From positions 1-47,479 of the forward strand of contig JALDTO010000070.1 in NCBI GenBank assembly GCA_023515725.1: a stretch of DNA of 47,479 nucleotides, written 5' to 3'. The translations under genes were made by a program, and so were the position numbers. A model generated the notes under the pieces. The model was given only the letters and a program-made list of their open reading frames with translations. It was not told the DNA's origin and did not search any database. Shown piece by piece: positions 23,129 through 37,200 of the stretch; position 1 is the stretch's first letter, and every line of letters starts with the position of its first letter. This DNA is from Amoeboaphelidium protococcarum X5. Lineage: Eukaryota; Fungi; Aphelidiomycota.

Positions 23129-26100
23129 ATGAAAGTCAAGATAGTTAGCATAGAGTCCAGGCAGGTCTTTCCGAGTGTTTATGATAAATTCTAAGGTTGG
23201 CACTACGCGAGCGGGAAGTAGAAGGTTCCCGTACTGGACATCTATGGAATTGAGGACGGAAGTGGTAGAAAAGTTGTGTCGCATGTGCATTAGATTTACC
23301 CATATCTATACATTCCGTATTATGAATATGAAGATTCTGTATTGAGTGACGGCGGAAACTATTAGTAGAATCAGAGCGATAATAATAATGATCAATAAAG
23401 GAGAAGACTTGGTGATTACATGGCCGTGCTGGAAGAGGCCATCAATCTGGCTCTGAGCTTGAAGAACAATGGCAGGGAAAGTGTGTCTTACGTTCGCGCT
23501 ATAGTACCAGTCAAAGGGATTGATATGTATGGCTACCATGCGCGTTATAAACTCTATCTCAAAATATACTTGAATGATCCGCGTAGTGTCAATCAGTTAT
23601 CTGATCTCTTGTGTAGTGGCGCAATAATGAACAGATTCATCTAACCGTATGAGAGCCACTTTCCATTCGATTTGCAGTTTATGATGGATTATAATCTATT
23701 TGGGATGGACTACATGTAGTTGAATGAAGAACATATCCTGATAAGAACTCCGCATGATCAGCCGGAATTGCTGCGTTATGAAGAATCAGTGATGGGAAGA
23801 GAATCATCCGCTGATATTGAGCTGGATATTTACCCGTGGACTATTATGAATCGTACAGAGGTGTAAGAGAGACCGTCAGAGCCATTCCTTCCCATAACTG
23901 ATAGGAAAGAGAAGCTGGTCCACTCTCTCCAGTGTCTGTGGTAGGATGAATAGAAACGACGTGATGGTGAGATGCCCAAGCAGTAGGTGGATATGAATGA
24001 CCGTTCACTGCCCACTCAGATTGATTATAAGGAGAGAGTATTGAATGCAGTAAAGCAGTTTGTTGATAGTGCTCATACTAATGATCGTACATAATCTGAT
24101 GATTAATCTGCTACATTGTCTGCCTATATGACTAGTTTTTAATCTGTTACTGCATTGTATCCGGCTCATGTTTTAGTCCGTAGTTAGTGTGATAAAAGTG
24201 CATCCACAAAGACTTCATAGACTGATTTACATAACCAAGTCCATACAGAAGGTGATAATTAGGATGATATGATTCTAGATTAGCTAACAGATGAGCCTAT
24301 TAGATCTTTTGCGACTGCTATTCCGTCGACTTTACGTGGACTGAAGATTGATGCCACTCAATACGTTAATGAATCTATTATATAAAGTCAACGCGTGTAA
24401 TTCCCTAATTAGATGGCTGATGATGATATTGTTGCCGGAAATCTAGGTGATGATGATGATGATCATTATGGTAACGATGGCGTAGATCAAGTTTATGAGG
24501 ATTTATAAAATTAGGAGTAGCAGTTTGATGATGGTATTGCAGACGATTCACTTGAGAATGAACATGAAAGTAGTGACAGTGAACTTGATGATTTATTGGC
24601 GTGGATGGCATAGAAGAAGGCTTCTCAGGATGACGTTGATGCTTCCAACATTGATACTAATCCGCTTTCGGAATAAACTGTGCATATATATGACTAGGAT
24701 AATCATAGCAATATGGAATCTAGTAACTTTATAAGCAATTTAGATGCCATGTGGTCCCCTTAGAAAGTTGGTAGAGAAACTTTACATCAGAGTGATAAAC
24801 CAATGGTAACTTCTCCATCCCAGAAGCTCAAATCTTAATGCACTGAGATAGAACCGCTTGAAGGTATTTAAGCAGAATTAAGTTAACCAAACCATCAATT
24901 TACACAAATATCACCCCCATCGTATGAGCAAGTCTTGGCTGAAGTTAAATCATGTGTAATCCCGGTGCAGTATCGAGATCCATTCTATTCTCAGGTGAAA
25001 GATGTTGGTAAGAAGGCGAGACAGTTTGGCGGTGCTTTGTTCAAAGTTGGAGGTCCAGATGCAGCTATTGGTGGAGAACGGTTCTAATCTGCACTGCCTC
25101 ATGTCTTATGGTCATTGTCTGATAGTCAATCAAAGTACTTCACTCCTGTTATGCGACCGCCGTCATATCAATAAGTCTAGCGTGAATTGTCTCTTTAGAG
25201 GTAGTAGTAAATGTTATTGCTTAATCAGTCATTGCCTACAACCATCATAAATGATAGACGAGACACTAAGGGTAAGAATAGAGTTGATATATCATAAATT
25301 GATGGACCTACAATGATTATGGCTGGTAGAGATTTTAAATTGGCTAGTGCTTCTGTACAGGAGAATCGTAACTCTGACTGTGATTTGGTGACTGTAATGT
25401 CATTGGAACTGCACGCCTCGGTACATGATAAAGAACGTAAGCCTGATCCTAGTAGGGACCCTATTCAGTGTATGATGCTGACTGTTTAAGATTCTAAATT
25501 TAAAGTCAACTCTGATAATGGCAATGAAGATGGCAATGATATGCGTGATGAATCTATAAGTGGAGTCAATGGCAATCAAAATGATCCTGAGAGTGGATTC
25601 GGTTATAAGAGAATAGTCATGATGATCAAAGATGAAGGACTTAGGCAACTTCCATTAACTGAGCACATTCTAATATTAGTTGCGGATGAATTGCAGATGA
25701 TCAATTGCTTGATCCAGTTGGTACGTGATTATGATCCTGAAATTATACTCGGTTATGAGATACATATGGCCTCTTGGGGATATGCAGCAGAAAGAGCTTA
25801 TAGCCAGTACAAGATTGACCTTTGTAAAATGATTAGTAGATCCTTTGCTGATCATCGTATAAATACAAGAGGTCATGGAGGTGTTAACAGTGATGAGAAC
25901 AATGGACAGCATAATGAAGGACTTAATATGAAAGCGAATGAGTGGGGCTACTAGAAAGCGTCAGGATTAAAAGTCACTGGACGGATTGTACTTAACGCGT
26001 GGCGATTGTTTAGAGCTGAGATGGCGCTGACCTCTTACACGTATCAGACTATGATGTATCATGTGCTGCATCGTAGAGTGCCCAAGTTCTCGCCGTTCAG

Positions 26101-28105
26101 TCTATCTCGGTGGTATTGGGGACGGGATGGATTGGACCGATATCGGGTGGTGTAATACTATTCTGATATGAGTTTGAACACTTTAAAGATGCTGGATGAG
26201 TGTAATATACTGATTAGGACGGCGGAGTTTGCCAAGGTGTTTGGTGTATAGTTTTATGCTGTCATATCCCGCGGCTCTCAGTTCAAGGTGGAGTCCATGA
26301 TGGCCAGGATTGCTAAACCGGAGAATTACTTGCTCATATCTCCATCCAGGTAGCAGGTGAGGTAGATGCGTGCTTTGGAGTGTCTACCTCTGGTCATGGA
26401 GCCGGAATCTGCATTCTATAAAAGTCCATTGGTTGTATTGGATTTCTAATCTCTGTATCCATCCATAATGATTGCTTACAACTATTGCTTTTCCACCTGC
26501 TTGGGCAAATTTACACCTCAGCATCTGGATACGCTTGGTTTTGCTGATTATAAAGTTGATTCTTTGTAGTTGCGATAAATTAATTCAGTAGAATCGGAAC
26601 AAGGATTTGCATAGCAGTTGAATGCAAGTCCTAATGGTGTTGCATTTCTCAAAGCAACGCAACGTGACGGCATACTGAAAAAGATGTTGTCAGAGGTGCT
26701 GGATACACGTATTATGATAAAGGATAGCATGAAGTTGTACAAGAATAGGAAAGCGCTGACTAGGATTCTGGATGCTAGATAGCTCGGCTTAAAGTATATT
26801 GCCAATGTGACGTATGGCTATACCTCTGCCAGTTTCAGTGGCCGCATGCCATGTGTCGATGTCTCTGATTCCATTGTGTAGATGGGAAGGGAGACGTTGG
26901 AGCGGGCGATCAGGTAGGTGAATGAGCATCCTCAGTGGAATGCGCGAGTTGTCTATGCAGATACCGATTCCATGTTCATATACATGGATGGTTCTAGTAG
27001 AGAACGGGCATTCAGTGTTGGTAGAGAGATTGCAGACACCATCACGCGTCAGAATCCATATCCGATGAAGTTGAAATTTGAAAAGGTATATCATCCATCG
27101 GTGCTGCTGAGTAAGAAGCGTTACGTTGGCTGGAAGTTTGAGAGTGAGCAGAGTGTGGAGGGAGAGTTCGACGCCAAGGGCATAGAGACTGTGCGAAGAG
27201 ATGGATGCCCAGCTGTGGCCAAGATTATGGAGTCCAGCTTGAAGATTCTGTTCCGCTCACAGGACATGTCAGAGCTGAAGCGGTATTTGTAGATGCAGTG
27301 GTAAAAGATTTAGAGTGGGCGCGTATCACTTTAAGACTTTGTCATTGCGAAAGAAGTCAAGTTGGGCACCTACTCTGAGAATGGTATAGGTCCGCCTGGA
27401 GCTGTGCTAAGTGTTGACAAAATGGCCCGAGATCGAAGAGATGAGCCGCAGTATGGAGAACGGGTCCCTTACCTGGTCAGGTACTTGTCCAAAGATGCAC
27501 GCCTGGTAGATTGTGTAATTTCACCTGAAGATTTTATGCGCGATCCTGGTGGATGCCGTTTAAATGCCGAGTATTATACTACCAAGTAGATTATACCTGC
27601 GCTTGCCAGAGTGTTCGACTTGATCGGATGTGATATTATGTCGTGGTACACAGAGATGCCTAAAGTTGGAAAAATTATAAAGTACTCTGTCGATCAACTT
27701 CTTCCATTCGATTACAATGTTGTTCAGAAGGCTGCGGCTACTAACCATAAAGCTGTGAATACTCTTGAAAAGTTTTATCAATCACAGCACTGCTACGCTT
27801 GTGGAAAGTCTACTGGTGCAAAGTAACAATAGTAGTTGATGTAGCGACAAAAGTAGTAGTTGCTGTGTCAAGATTGCGTACACAGACCAGATATTACTGC
27901 AATGAATTTAAATACTAAAGTTTCGGTGGCAGAGTCCAAGTACTTGGCACTGGTGAAAGTCTGTTAGAATTGTTGCGCCCATCAAGGTGTGGATGCTGCC
28001 ACTGCCTGCGAGTCTATAGAATGTCCGGTATTTTACGAACGTTTAAAGTCGCTGTAGAATTTCTCATAGATTCCACAATTGATGAATGCACTCTAATTGC
28101 TTTGA
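23129..28105 (+). CDS. REV3: DNA polymerase zeta catalytic subunit, about 1658 aa
   Basis: N-terminal VPVLDIYG..HVHQIYPYLY, YESHFPFDLQFMMDYNLFGM, SRGSQFKVES, VLDFQSLYPS, RQLGLKYIANVTYGY, YADTDS, KKRYVG, GIETVRRDGCP, EPQYGERVPY, and C-terminal CysA/CysB. TGA at 28103-28105. Confidence 0.96.
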
Positions 28106-28256
28106 AGTAATATCATGTAAATATCATCTTTGATACAAATTTCGCTTTTTTGACTTGCTTAGTATCATACAAGCCCTCTTGTCTATAATCTTCAGCTTCA
28201 AAAAATGAAAAGCAATAAATGAATGTAATCAAAGAGTCCTGTGTATTTCAACAATA

Positions 28257-31200
28257 TCACTTTTCCAACACTAGAGCAACGTTGGCTAAGATAAGCTAAG
28301 ACACTTGAGCCGAGTTGCTCACTCTAGCATAACACGATTGAATTAGATCTTTACGTCCAATGTCTTTGTACATTGGAATCGAGATGTACTCCTTTGCAGG
28401 GATATCTTCCAAACTCACATAACTCAAGAACAAGTCCCCAGCCTCGACAAGTAGAGAAGAACCAGCAGATAATCCACTCGATGAGAAACGACCACTCTGA
28501 ATAAAGAGACCTTGCAAAGTGATAGCAGATTCAGGCAGATTATCTCCGGATAACGAGATCACAGCAACCATATCTTCGGTACTTTGATTCTTCTGATCAC
28601 CAGCAGACAGTTGCAGAGCCACCAACATTGATTACGGAGAGGATAAACGCGATAGATCGCATTCGACTTTATTCCAATCGGTGGTAGAAGACATGCTTTC
28701 AATCTACGCACGCTTACTAACCAGATACTACTGAGCCAGTTCCAAAGAACGTATAGAACGAGGCAGAGCATCTGATAATAGATTAAGTGCTGTAGATTCA
28801 TTAGATGTTACAGCATATTGAACGTTAGAAAGCCATCTATTCCACAACTCAACTTCAGCTCGCGCAATATCTTAAACAGAGTTGGACGTACCAGAATGAG
28901 CCTTGATAGACACTGATTTCAATTCAGAAGTTAAAATTTTACTAAACTTGCTCCAATCGCCAGTGAATTGCTAAACTATCGTCGAAGAACTTGCACGATC
29001 CCTACTTGTCTGCGTCGTCTGCTACATCATTAAAAGAGCCTTTTAAACACGAGACTGAGCCATGACAATATCCGAATCCTCTGGAAGACCAATCCACTAA
29101 GGCTTGGTATTCTGAGATAGTCCATCTGCAAATTTCTATAAATCTTAATATTAGCCACTTGCAGATAGAACCAGTTCTTTCTACCCGAGAAGCATACACT
29201 CTTTAGCAAATACATCAACGGACATCAGACTGTCAACCAGTGACTTTAAAATGCGCTGATCAAACTCATTCTCCAAACTATTGCCATAGATGAGATTCAT
29301 GAGAACAAACTTGAATTACTGCAGAGGCAACTGTTGGACATTAATATTGGATTTACCATTAGCGACAACCATAAGGATACGATCAATCATCTATATGGCC
29401 ATCTTAAAGTCCAAATCAGAGAACTCATATTCCTTTGACCAACCAAGCGGTACATGCTTCATTCTCTCACACACCACGGCATACAACCACGTAAGCATGA
29501 AAGCTAGTCTAGTTCTTTCAAATGGCAACCGATCACTCTAATCGGTCACTACCATAGATAGTTTACTTGATACCGTAGATTTAAGACTGCTGGAATTATC
29601 AAAGAAGACTTTACGAAAATGTTCCACCAAAGATGCTGGAATAGTGCGCGATATCTAACCAACTAAAATCAGCCGAAAGCCGTCATTATTCACTGTACGA
29701 GGCTATCTAGTACCATTGTCTAACAGAATAGTCTATTTGAAATTTTAGATCCATCCAACTGATAAATGAATATTAGTGGCCATAAACCAACATCCCTCTC
29801 GCATAGCCTGACGAAGCATTTAACCTGCTTCTTCTTCATTCTCCGCCGTGCCCATTGAAGTGGATAACAACTTTATCGATTGCTATTGCGCAAGTTCCTA
29901 CACCAAATACGAAGGATCCATACCACGGCGAGATATAAGCAAAACTTTACTTGACTCTTGGAGACATGATGATAGATCGACAGACTTCACAGTGAAATCA
30001 AACCCGAAGAGCTTATTGGAAAGCAGAGAAAGCGCATTCTACAATCTATCAAGTCGAACTGACGCCATAAGAACGGCCAGCGATAGATAATCGTATACAG
30101 ATTCTTTATCCAACTCCTGTAATAGCTTAGTCTCTGGATTAGGATCTTCTCTGACAATCAAGTCAAAATCACCGATTTACATAACCTTCTGCAGATTATC
30201 TCCAACAAGGGATTTAGATTTCGCAAACTTGTTTATATTAGACTAGTCCGCGGCATTCTCCTACACCTGAGTGATGTACTACAGACAGGAAACGCCACAT
30301 TTAGACAGCTGAGGTTCATCTTCATGTTCAAAATGCAACTGCAAAACCTTGATCACGTATACTAATAAGTGGTCCTGTTCAAGAGACATGGATATGTGAT
30401 CGCTCACACGTCTCAAGAGCAGCTACTTAAATTCAACAGAAGCGGTAGCGCTATTAATCGGACACTAATCTACCAGCTATTTTACCACACTGATAAACCA
30501 GTCGAAAGAAACCATGTAGAATCTGGACATCTTTGCCAGGTCAATAATGACATAGAACAAATCTGATACATAATCCGCCAGAGGTTCAAACGAACTTGCG
30601 GCAGCCTCAATCTCAACCAGCATCTGCTCACTAGATTTTGCCTTCTCCACCACAGACTGCCCTTCGCTCTTCAATTTGACCAACTGATCAAGGACGGAAT
30701 CGTTCTCCAACAGATTTCCTACAGTACTATTTAATGTATTCAGCAGCTATTCTTCCAATTTTCTCAACAGAATCAAAGACTCTCCATGCAACTTCGATAT
30801 CTCACGCTTCTTCTCAACAATCTCTGGCCTATTCTTAAGTACCAGCAAGTCAAGAATCTGAGCCTGGACATTGGCTTTAGTGATGGAAAAGTTGACAATA
30901 CCAACCTTACTGCAGATATTAGGAGTCCACTAATTATCCCGGCTACTTGAGTAAAGCACAAGCTTGAATTAAGAAGACAAGTCAACGTCCTGTTTACCAA
31001 GCCTCACCATCTTGCGCCCATTAACATTTTTAACTTCATCATTGAGAAGAGGTAAGACGAGAGGATCAAAGTTTTCGGCGTCTTTGACAATCAAAAATCT
31101 TCCAAATCTGACACTAGTTTCCAGCACTTTAGGAAATGATTGATCCAGGAATGACGTGACTTACACATTCTACTTCTAATGCAACTATGTGACAAATGAC

Positions 31201-34200
31201 AATGCTTAGCTTTGCGGATCGACAATCAGAGGGATTTTCAATGAGCGGTCCATAATGGCGGCATTCTCAACACAGAAATCGTCGTTAGGAAGTCCAAACG
31301 TTTTCCACTATTAAGATGCTTCAGATAGAACCAACTGGTCGACAGCTGTCGCAGACTGAGTGAAGGAGATATTATACTGCTTCAAGGCACTTTACCATTT
31401 ATAATAAAGCTGATTACGTTACTTTTCAGGAAGTGATCCAGAATAGGATAAAAAGGCTGCATTAAGCAGAGAATTACCATGAACATCCTACATATTCTTA
31501 GAGAAGAGGGATGACGTCTCAGTCCATCGTTCTTACTCCGTTTACAGACTCTGCATAAGATCAATACTGCGCTGCAAGTTCTTTTCTACTTGGTTCAACT
31601 CGGCTCTCAACTGCTCCGTCTCACCAACCAGAGCCGAATACTCATCCTTATACGTCTGAAGTTATTCCTCCAAGATCTGTATCTGTGCTGAAAGCTAATC
31701 ATTCTGCTCCTTGACCGATGACAATTTACTCTGCAAATTAGCAACCTCAGTCCTCAGCGGACCAACTTTCTGCAAAATGTCTGCATACTTCACTTGCGCA
31801 ATGACCCAGGCCACCAATGGACCACACGCTTTACTAGCACGATTCACAGCATCAAAATTGAATTCTGGCTGAGACATGAAATCCTTCTTGATCAGCTTAA
31901 CAATCTTCTCTGTCATCATCTTCTCATTATCAAAGTTGAGAATGGACGATATGAAGTCATCTCTTCTAATCACCGACTATACAGACCTCCAACTATCAGA
32001 TTCAAAGCCAAGTAATACGCACACCGATTCCATGGCCATCTTTACAGACTATGGTGGATTCGCCATAGATCTAACCTCAGTCAACTACTACTTTTTAATG
32101 CTGCCGACACTATCCTTAGCCAATGCTATAGCAGGTTCGGCTTCAGCCAACTCGGATTGCACTTGTTGCTGTCTTAATTCAATATCCAATGCTTACTGCT
32201 GCACGATACTCTATAACTTCTTTGACTCTTCCTTCTTGAGCTCTGCTTCCTGCTGACTTTCAACCACCTGCTTCAACTTTACATTAGCCTTCTCGGACTT
32301 GCTCTTCAGAAGGACTTTCTTGTCATCCAATTGAGCTCTCATCTCACTAATCCTGTCTGAGGCTTCCTCAATCTTATCCAAGCCAACATTGTAATGGCGC
32401 TAACGATCTTACAGCTCACCAGTCTTTTATCCATGTAGCGTTTGAAATTAAACAAGCATTCTAAGGTAGTTATTAGGACCAAAACTAAACCAAGTATTGC
32501 TGACTTGATTAGCCAATTACTGCATAGACAGAGCCTCCTGATGAAACTATAATAAAGCATGGCGCACAGACTCGCGATGGTCAATAACAATATTATGCTT
32601 CTATGCAAATTGATACAGGGATTAGTCAGTCTCTGTGCCCAACTGTGACGGTAACTGGAAATCAGCAACTTCCAAGTCCAAAGACTATAGGTAATTACCA
32701 CCAAGCTGGTACAAAGTATCATCTGACCACACTCCCCACCAATTCAGAACGCAGCGATTAAACAACGCCGGTGAAGTAACGAGCTTACTGTTCAAGCCAT
32801 CGACATTAGGATTCATCAGGAATATAATGTGCAAATTATGGGAGATTTATATCCTGAACCACGCCAGGTACTCATCATCTGTATCGAAGCGTAAATCTTT
32901 ACTCGCACATGCCTCCTTGATCTACATCATCAAACTTGTAAGATCATCTCCGTGGAAAAGGCCAGGAATTTCCGAATTAGCCAATAGAGTGTTCATTCTC
33001 TCGGTGAATCTCAAATCCTCCATGGCATGATCATCCAGAATGAAGGATATCTTCTCATATTTACAGCCAGCACGGATGAGAAGAGCCTTCAAATCTTCAT
33101 CAAAATCTAGTGCCGAGTAATTACGATACGGATTCAACTGGAAAACAGAGTATCCATTTAGCCACGACACAAATTTCACTAGTGAACTCTTTCCACACCC
33201 ACTCTAACCAATCATCAGCAAATGACCCTGCGGTTGCCTCAAAACTCGATCGATCCTCAATGCATGGTCAATCATTTCATCATATATAACCAAATGTGCA
33301 TCAAGCTCTTCCTCTTGGTAAGTTTTAAATCTAGCTGCAACGTACGCTTTCAGGTCGTCTCCATCGACTCTGCTTAGAGTTCTATTCATCCAAGTGGAGA
33401 ATAGTAATGGTTTATCCACTAACACTGAAGACAAGTCCACATCAAAGATCTACCGAGTCAGAGTAACTAGATGCTATCCAAACTCTGATCGCTCTTAAGA
33501 TTCAACGAGACGATCTTAAAACAATCTCTACGCTTCATAAAACCACAGTTGCACCAGATCTTCAGGTAGACAATCTTCATTCTACTTCACAAACTCGTTC
33601 AAACCTCTTACCCAACGAGTCAGTTCTCTTGGAGAATATATATAATGAGCCTGAGATTTAACTTTAAACGTGGATTGTACGTACTGATACACCTAGACCA
33701 TTCCACTGCACAATTGAGACTTGAGTTGTCGGCATTGAGGTACACATTTAAGAGCATAATCCAACATCGCACCGTATATGACGTGTAAAGACTCTTCTGA
33801 TGGATAATCAATGTACAGAATTGAACAATTGCTGAGAAATCGCGGACTAAATTCAAATCTACCAGCATCCGACGGAGGATTGCAAGCTCCAACAAACACG
33901 ACATCTTATAGATGAATCCACTAACTATACTTGGAACTATAGAAACCTTAACGAGTCACCATCTATCGCATAAGAGTTATGACTTTCTAAGTTCCATATT
34001 CATCCTGAGCCACAATGTTAATCTCATCACAAAAGACAACCAATTTCTTGCCAACCTACCGCGGCTGCAGTGTAATACCGGATGAACTTCGCACGTAGTC
34101 GCAATACTCTTCTAAACCAGTGATAAGCATATCCGGAGAGGTGGTAGATGTGAAATTGATGCCATACAAGACCACTTAAGAGGATTTTCGAAGCATATTG

Positions 34201-37200
34201 AACAGAGTCGAACTCTTTCCACTTCCAGGTAAGCCACATAATATAACAACAGAGGATTCTCCAACCAACTACTATATCAAATTCTCGTTGCGCACAGTAT
34301 CCAAAGTGTCTATAAATATTTCAGAAGATAGATCCCTCAGAACCATCTCATTAGAATCATTAACTTGATAAGGTACCCAGTTTCCGCTAGCAATGTCAAC
34401 AGTATAGTCAATGACATTAGCAGTTATATCGATAGTCGATATAGATGCCAAATAGTCAACCAATTTGAGCTGATCTTGGCGCGAACAATCGCCAGCAACA
34501 GAATATACAATATTTAAAACCAGCTTCCTCTGTAAAAATATCAGCATCAATTGTTGGTCCAACTTCCCATCAACAAAGGTCGATTAATGACGCTCAATGG
34601 ACTCCAAATCGGCAATGATAAACTTGCTCAAAGTCTTCAAACTTCTACTGACAGAAAACTTCATAACATGCTTAAGCGATCTTCCATAATCCAAAGCCTT
34701 ACTAACAAGACCTCCATTTACAAAGAATGGCTTCAATATACTATGAAACTGAACTTAGAGCTCCTTAAATGCGGCTTCAGCGGTGAGTAATCTACCTGGA
34801 GACGCAAAGAGGCAGCCTCGCGACAGTTTCAGCAATATAGACTCAATAATCATATCAGTATCCACGTTGGACGCGTCAAAATAGACAATACCACATCTAC
34901 TCACGGTGGCCATTGTGGCATACTTCATGCTATCAACTTCAAATACCAACTTAACATTAGAAGGAAAAGTGAGCCTCTCTCCATTCGGTAGACTAAGCAG
35001 TTTGTTATCATCCAGAACGCTATTTAAATTTTCAATCCATTCAGTATCCAGATCGCCATCAAAGACAATGAAATACAAAAGCTTCGGATTCTTCAATGCC
35101 GACTATACTAAGCTTCTAGCAATTGAAGTAAACATACCATCGGTCCACTCTCTCGTCACAGAATCCAGCTTTCCGTACAATGCCTCCTTCGATACAGCTT
35201 TCGGATCGATGACTTTTACGTCACCGAGTTCACTCTTAACCTTCAAGCATTCACAGAAAACTTGGAATGCACAGGATTTACCAGAACCCGAATCACCAGA
35301 TAGTATAATACCGTTATTAATTGACACGACACTAGCGATATGCATAACTTTATCTAGAAACTACGGAGACTTACATAGATGCAACCTATCAATAGACTGT
35401 TCACAGAGCGCAGAAAATTCAGCATCCAACACTCCGCCATCTGAATCTTTAAAGAAACATAAGAGTAATTTTTGAAATTTGGATAAGTCATCTGATACCA
35501 GCTTCGGCAGGATTGCCTTCTTTATACCCTGCTGAAGAAGTTGAAATCCATCAAGTTAAGCTTACGAGCCAGTTGCCAATGAAGCCAAATTCAAATTACC
35601 AACTACTGATAAAACGCCCTTCATAGCACGCAAGCCAAAATCATAATGCGGCTGGGAAGACATCAGCTACTAGCAGACGCTAAATAATGACACTAATTTA
35701 CGAGCTAACGTGTGTCCATCGCTAACGATACCTTAGGAGAACAGCAATATCTCCACAATCTGAACCACATCAGGCTTAGTTAACGCCATTGGTCTGAAAA
35801 GACGCCTCAAATTGTCCGGTAACTGATTGCGACCAATATAAGCCGGATTCATGGTAACAAATATTCCAGTGTTTTTCTAGATACTAATAGACTTTTAAGC
35901 AATCTTTACTTGAGATGAACTTGACAACAACGCCTCTTAAATGTTCTAAATCTGGTGTGATAGAGAAGACAATATATGCTCGTCCAGTCTGTTAAACTCA
36001 TCAAAGCAGCCCCATGCACCTACCTAACACAATCCGGACAATATTCTACTCATAGATTTGTAGTCAAATGAATCGTCGCAGCAAAACACAACCACCGGAA
36101 GCCCAAGATCGTAGCCCAGAGCTTTAACCGTCTCAGTTTTACCAGTACCAGCCTAGCCGTAAATATTACCACCCAAATGTTGATGCAAAGCAGACAGTAA
36201 GTTAAGCTAACAACGCTAGGTAGTAGGCGTTTAAACAATCTTCTGGCAAACACCCAGGTACTCAAAATTGTAGTTAAATTACATATCCATGCATTTGATT
36301 GTGATCTTACGGAAATCTGAATCTGCCTTGTACTCCATTATTGCTCTGCAGATTACACTATCGCTCTTGCCCTCATCTTAAAAAGCTGACACCAAATTAC
36401 GCCAATAACTCAACTCTACCAGCATATTTCTAAACTTTAATCTGAGCACAGATACTTTTACTTCTAGAACTTTAGATGCCAATCCATTAATCAACTGATT
36501 GATTACACTTGCTGCCTTTGAGAGATTAGCCTTATTCTCAATCAAGCGTGTGAGATGTAACTTAACGCTGACTAAACACGCTTGGAAAGGATAATCCGAT
36601 AGCCATTATTACCAGTCAAAATCAGTGTAATCTTTAGCAGTAGAGAAACTTTCAAGAGATGCCTTCAATAATACTTCAAGAGCAGAAATTAACTGCGCTT
36701 CCAAAGACTTCAACAAGTCAACAACTGCCAAACCTTGAACTATAAGCGGCGTAGAAAATAGAAGCACCTCACCCTCTGGACTTTGAACACCAGTAAGAGT
36801 AATCTTCTCAGCTCCATCTTGCACAATGAATTAACCAACACCGAAAAACAGCTTATTAACATACTTGCCTAAAATCTGAAGATCCCCACCACAGCCCATA
36901 ATCTCAAGCAAATCGTCATCCCCAACAAAATAGAATCTAGGATATTGATCCCTCTATTTCGTCAAAAAATCTGACAATGAGCGCTTAATCTTTTGCAACT
37001 GTACCAGAAATCTATCGACGGTAGATTGAATCAAAGGAATCTGCACCATTGATAATACTTGAGGCGAAGCTACAATCTGCTTCACAAGAGATGAGAAGTC
37101 ATTTACCACGCTGCTAAACTTGATAAACTCATTCGGCAGTACCATCTTCAAATCTGAAGAGTTGGTAAATAAACCATTCATGTATATGAATTATGACTAG

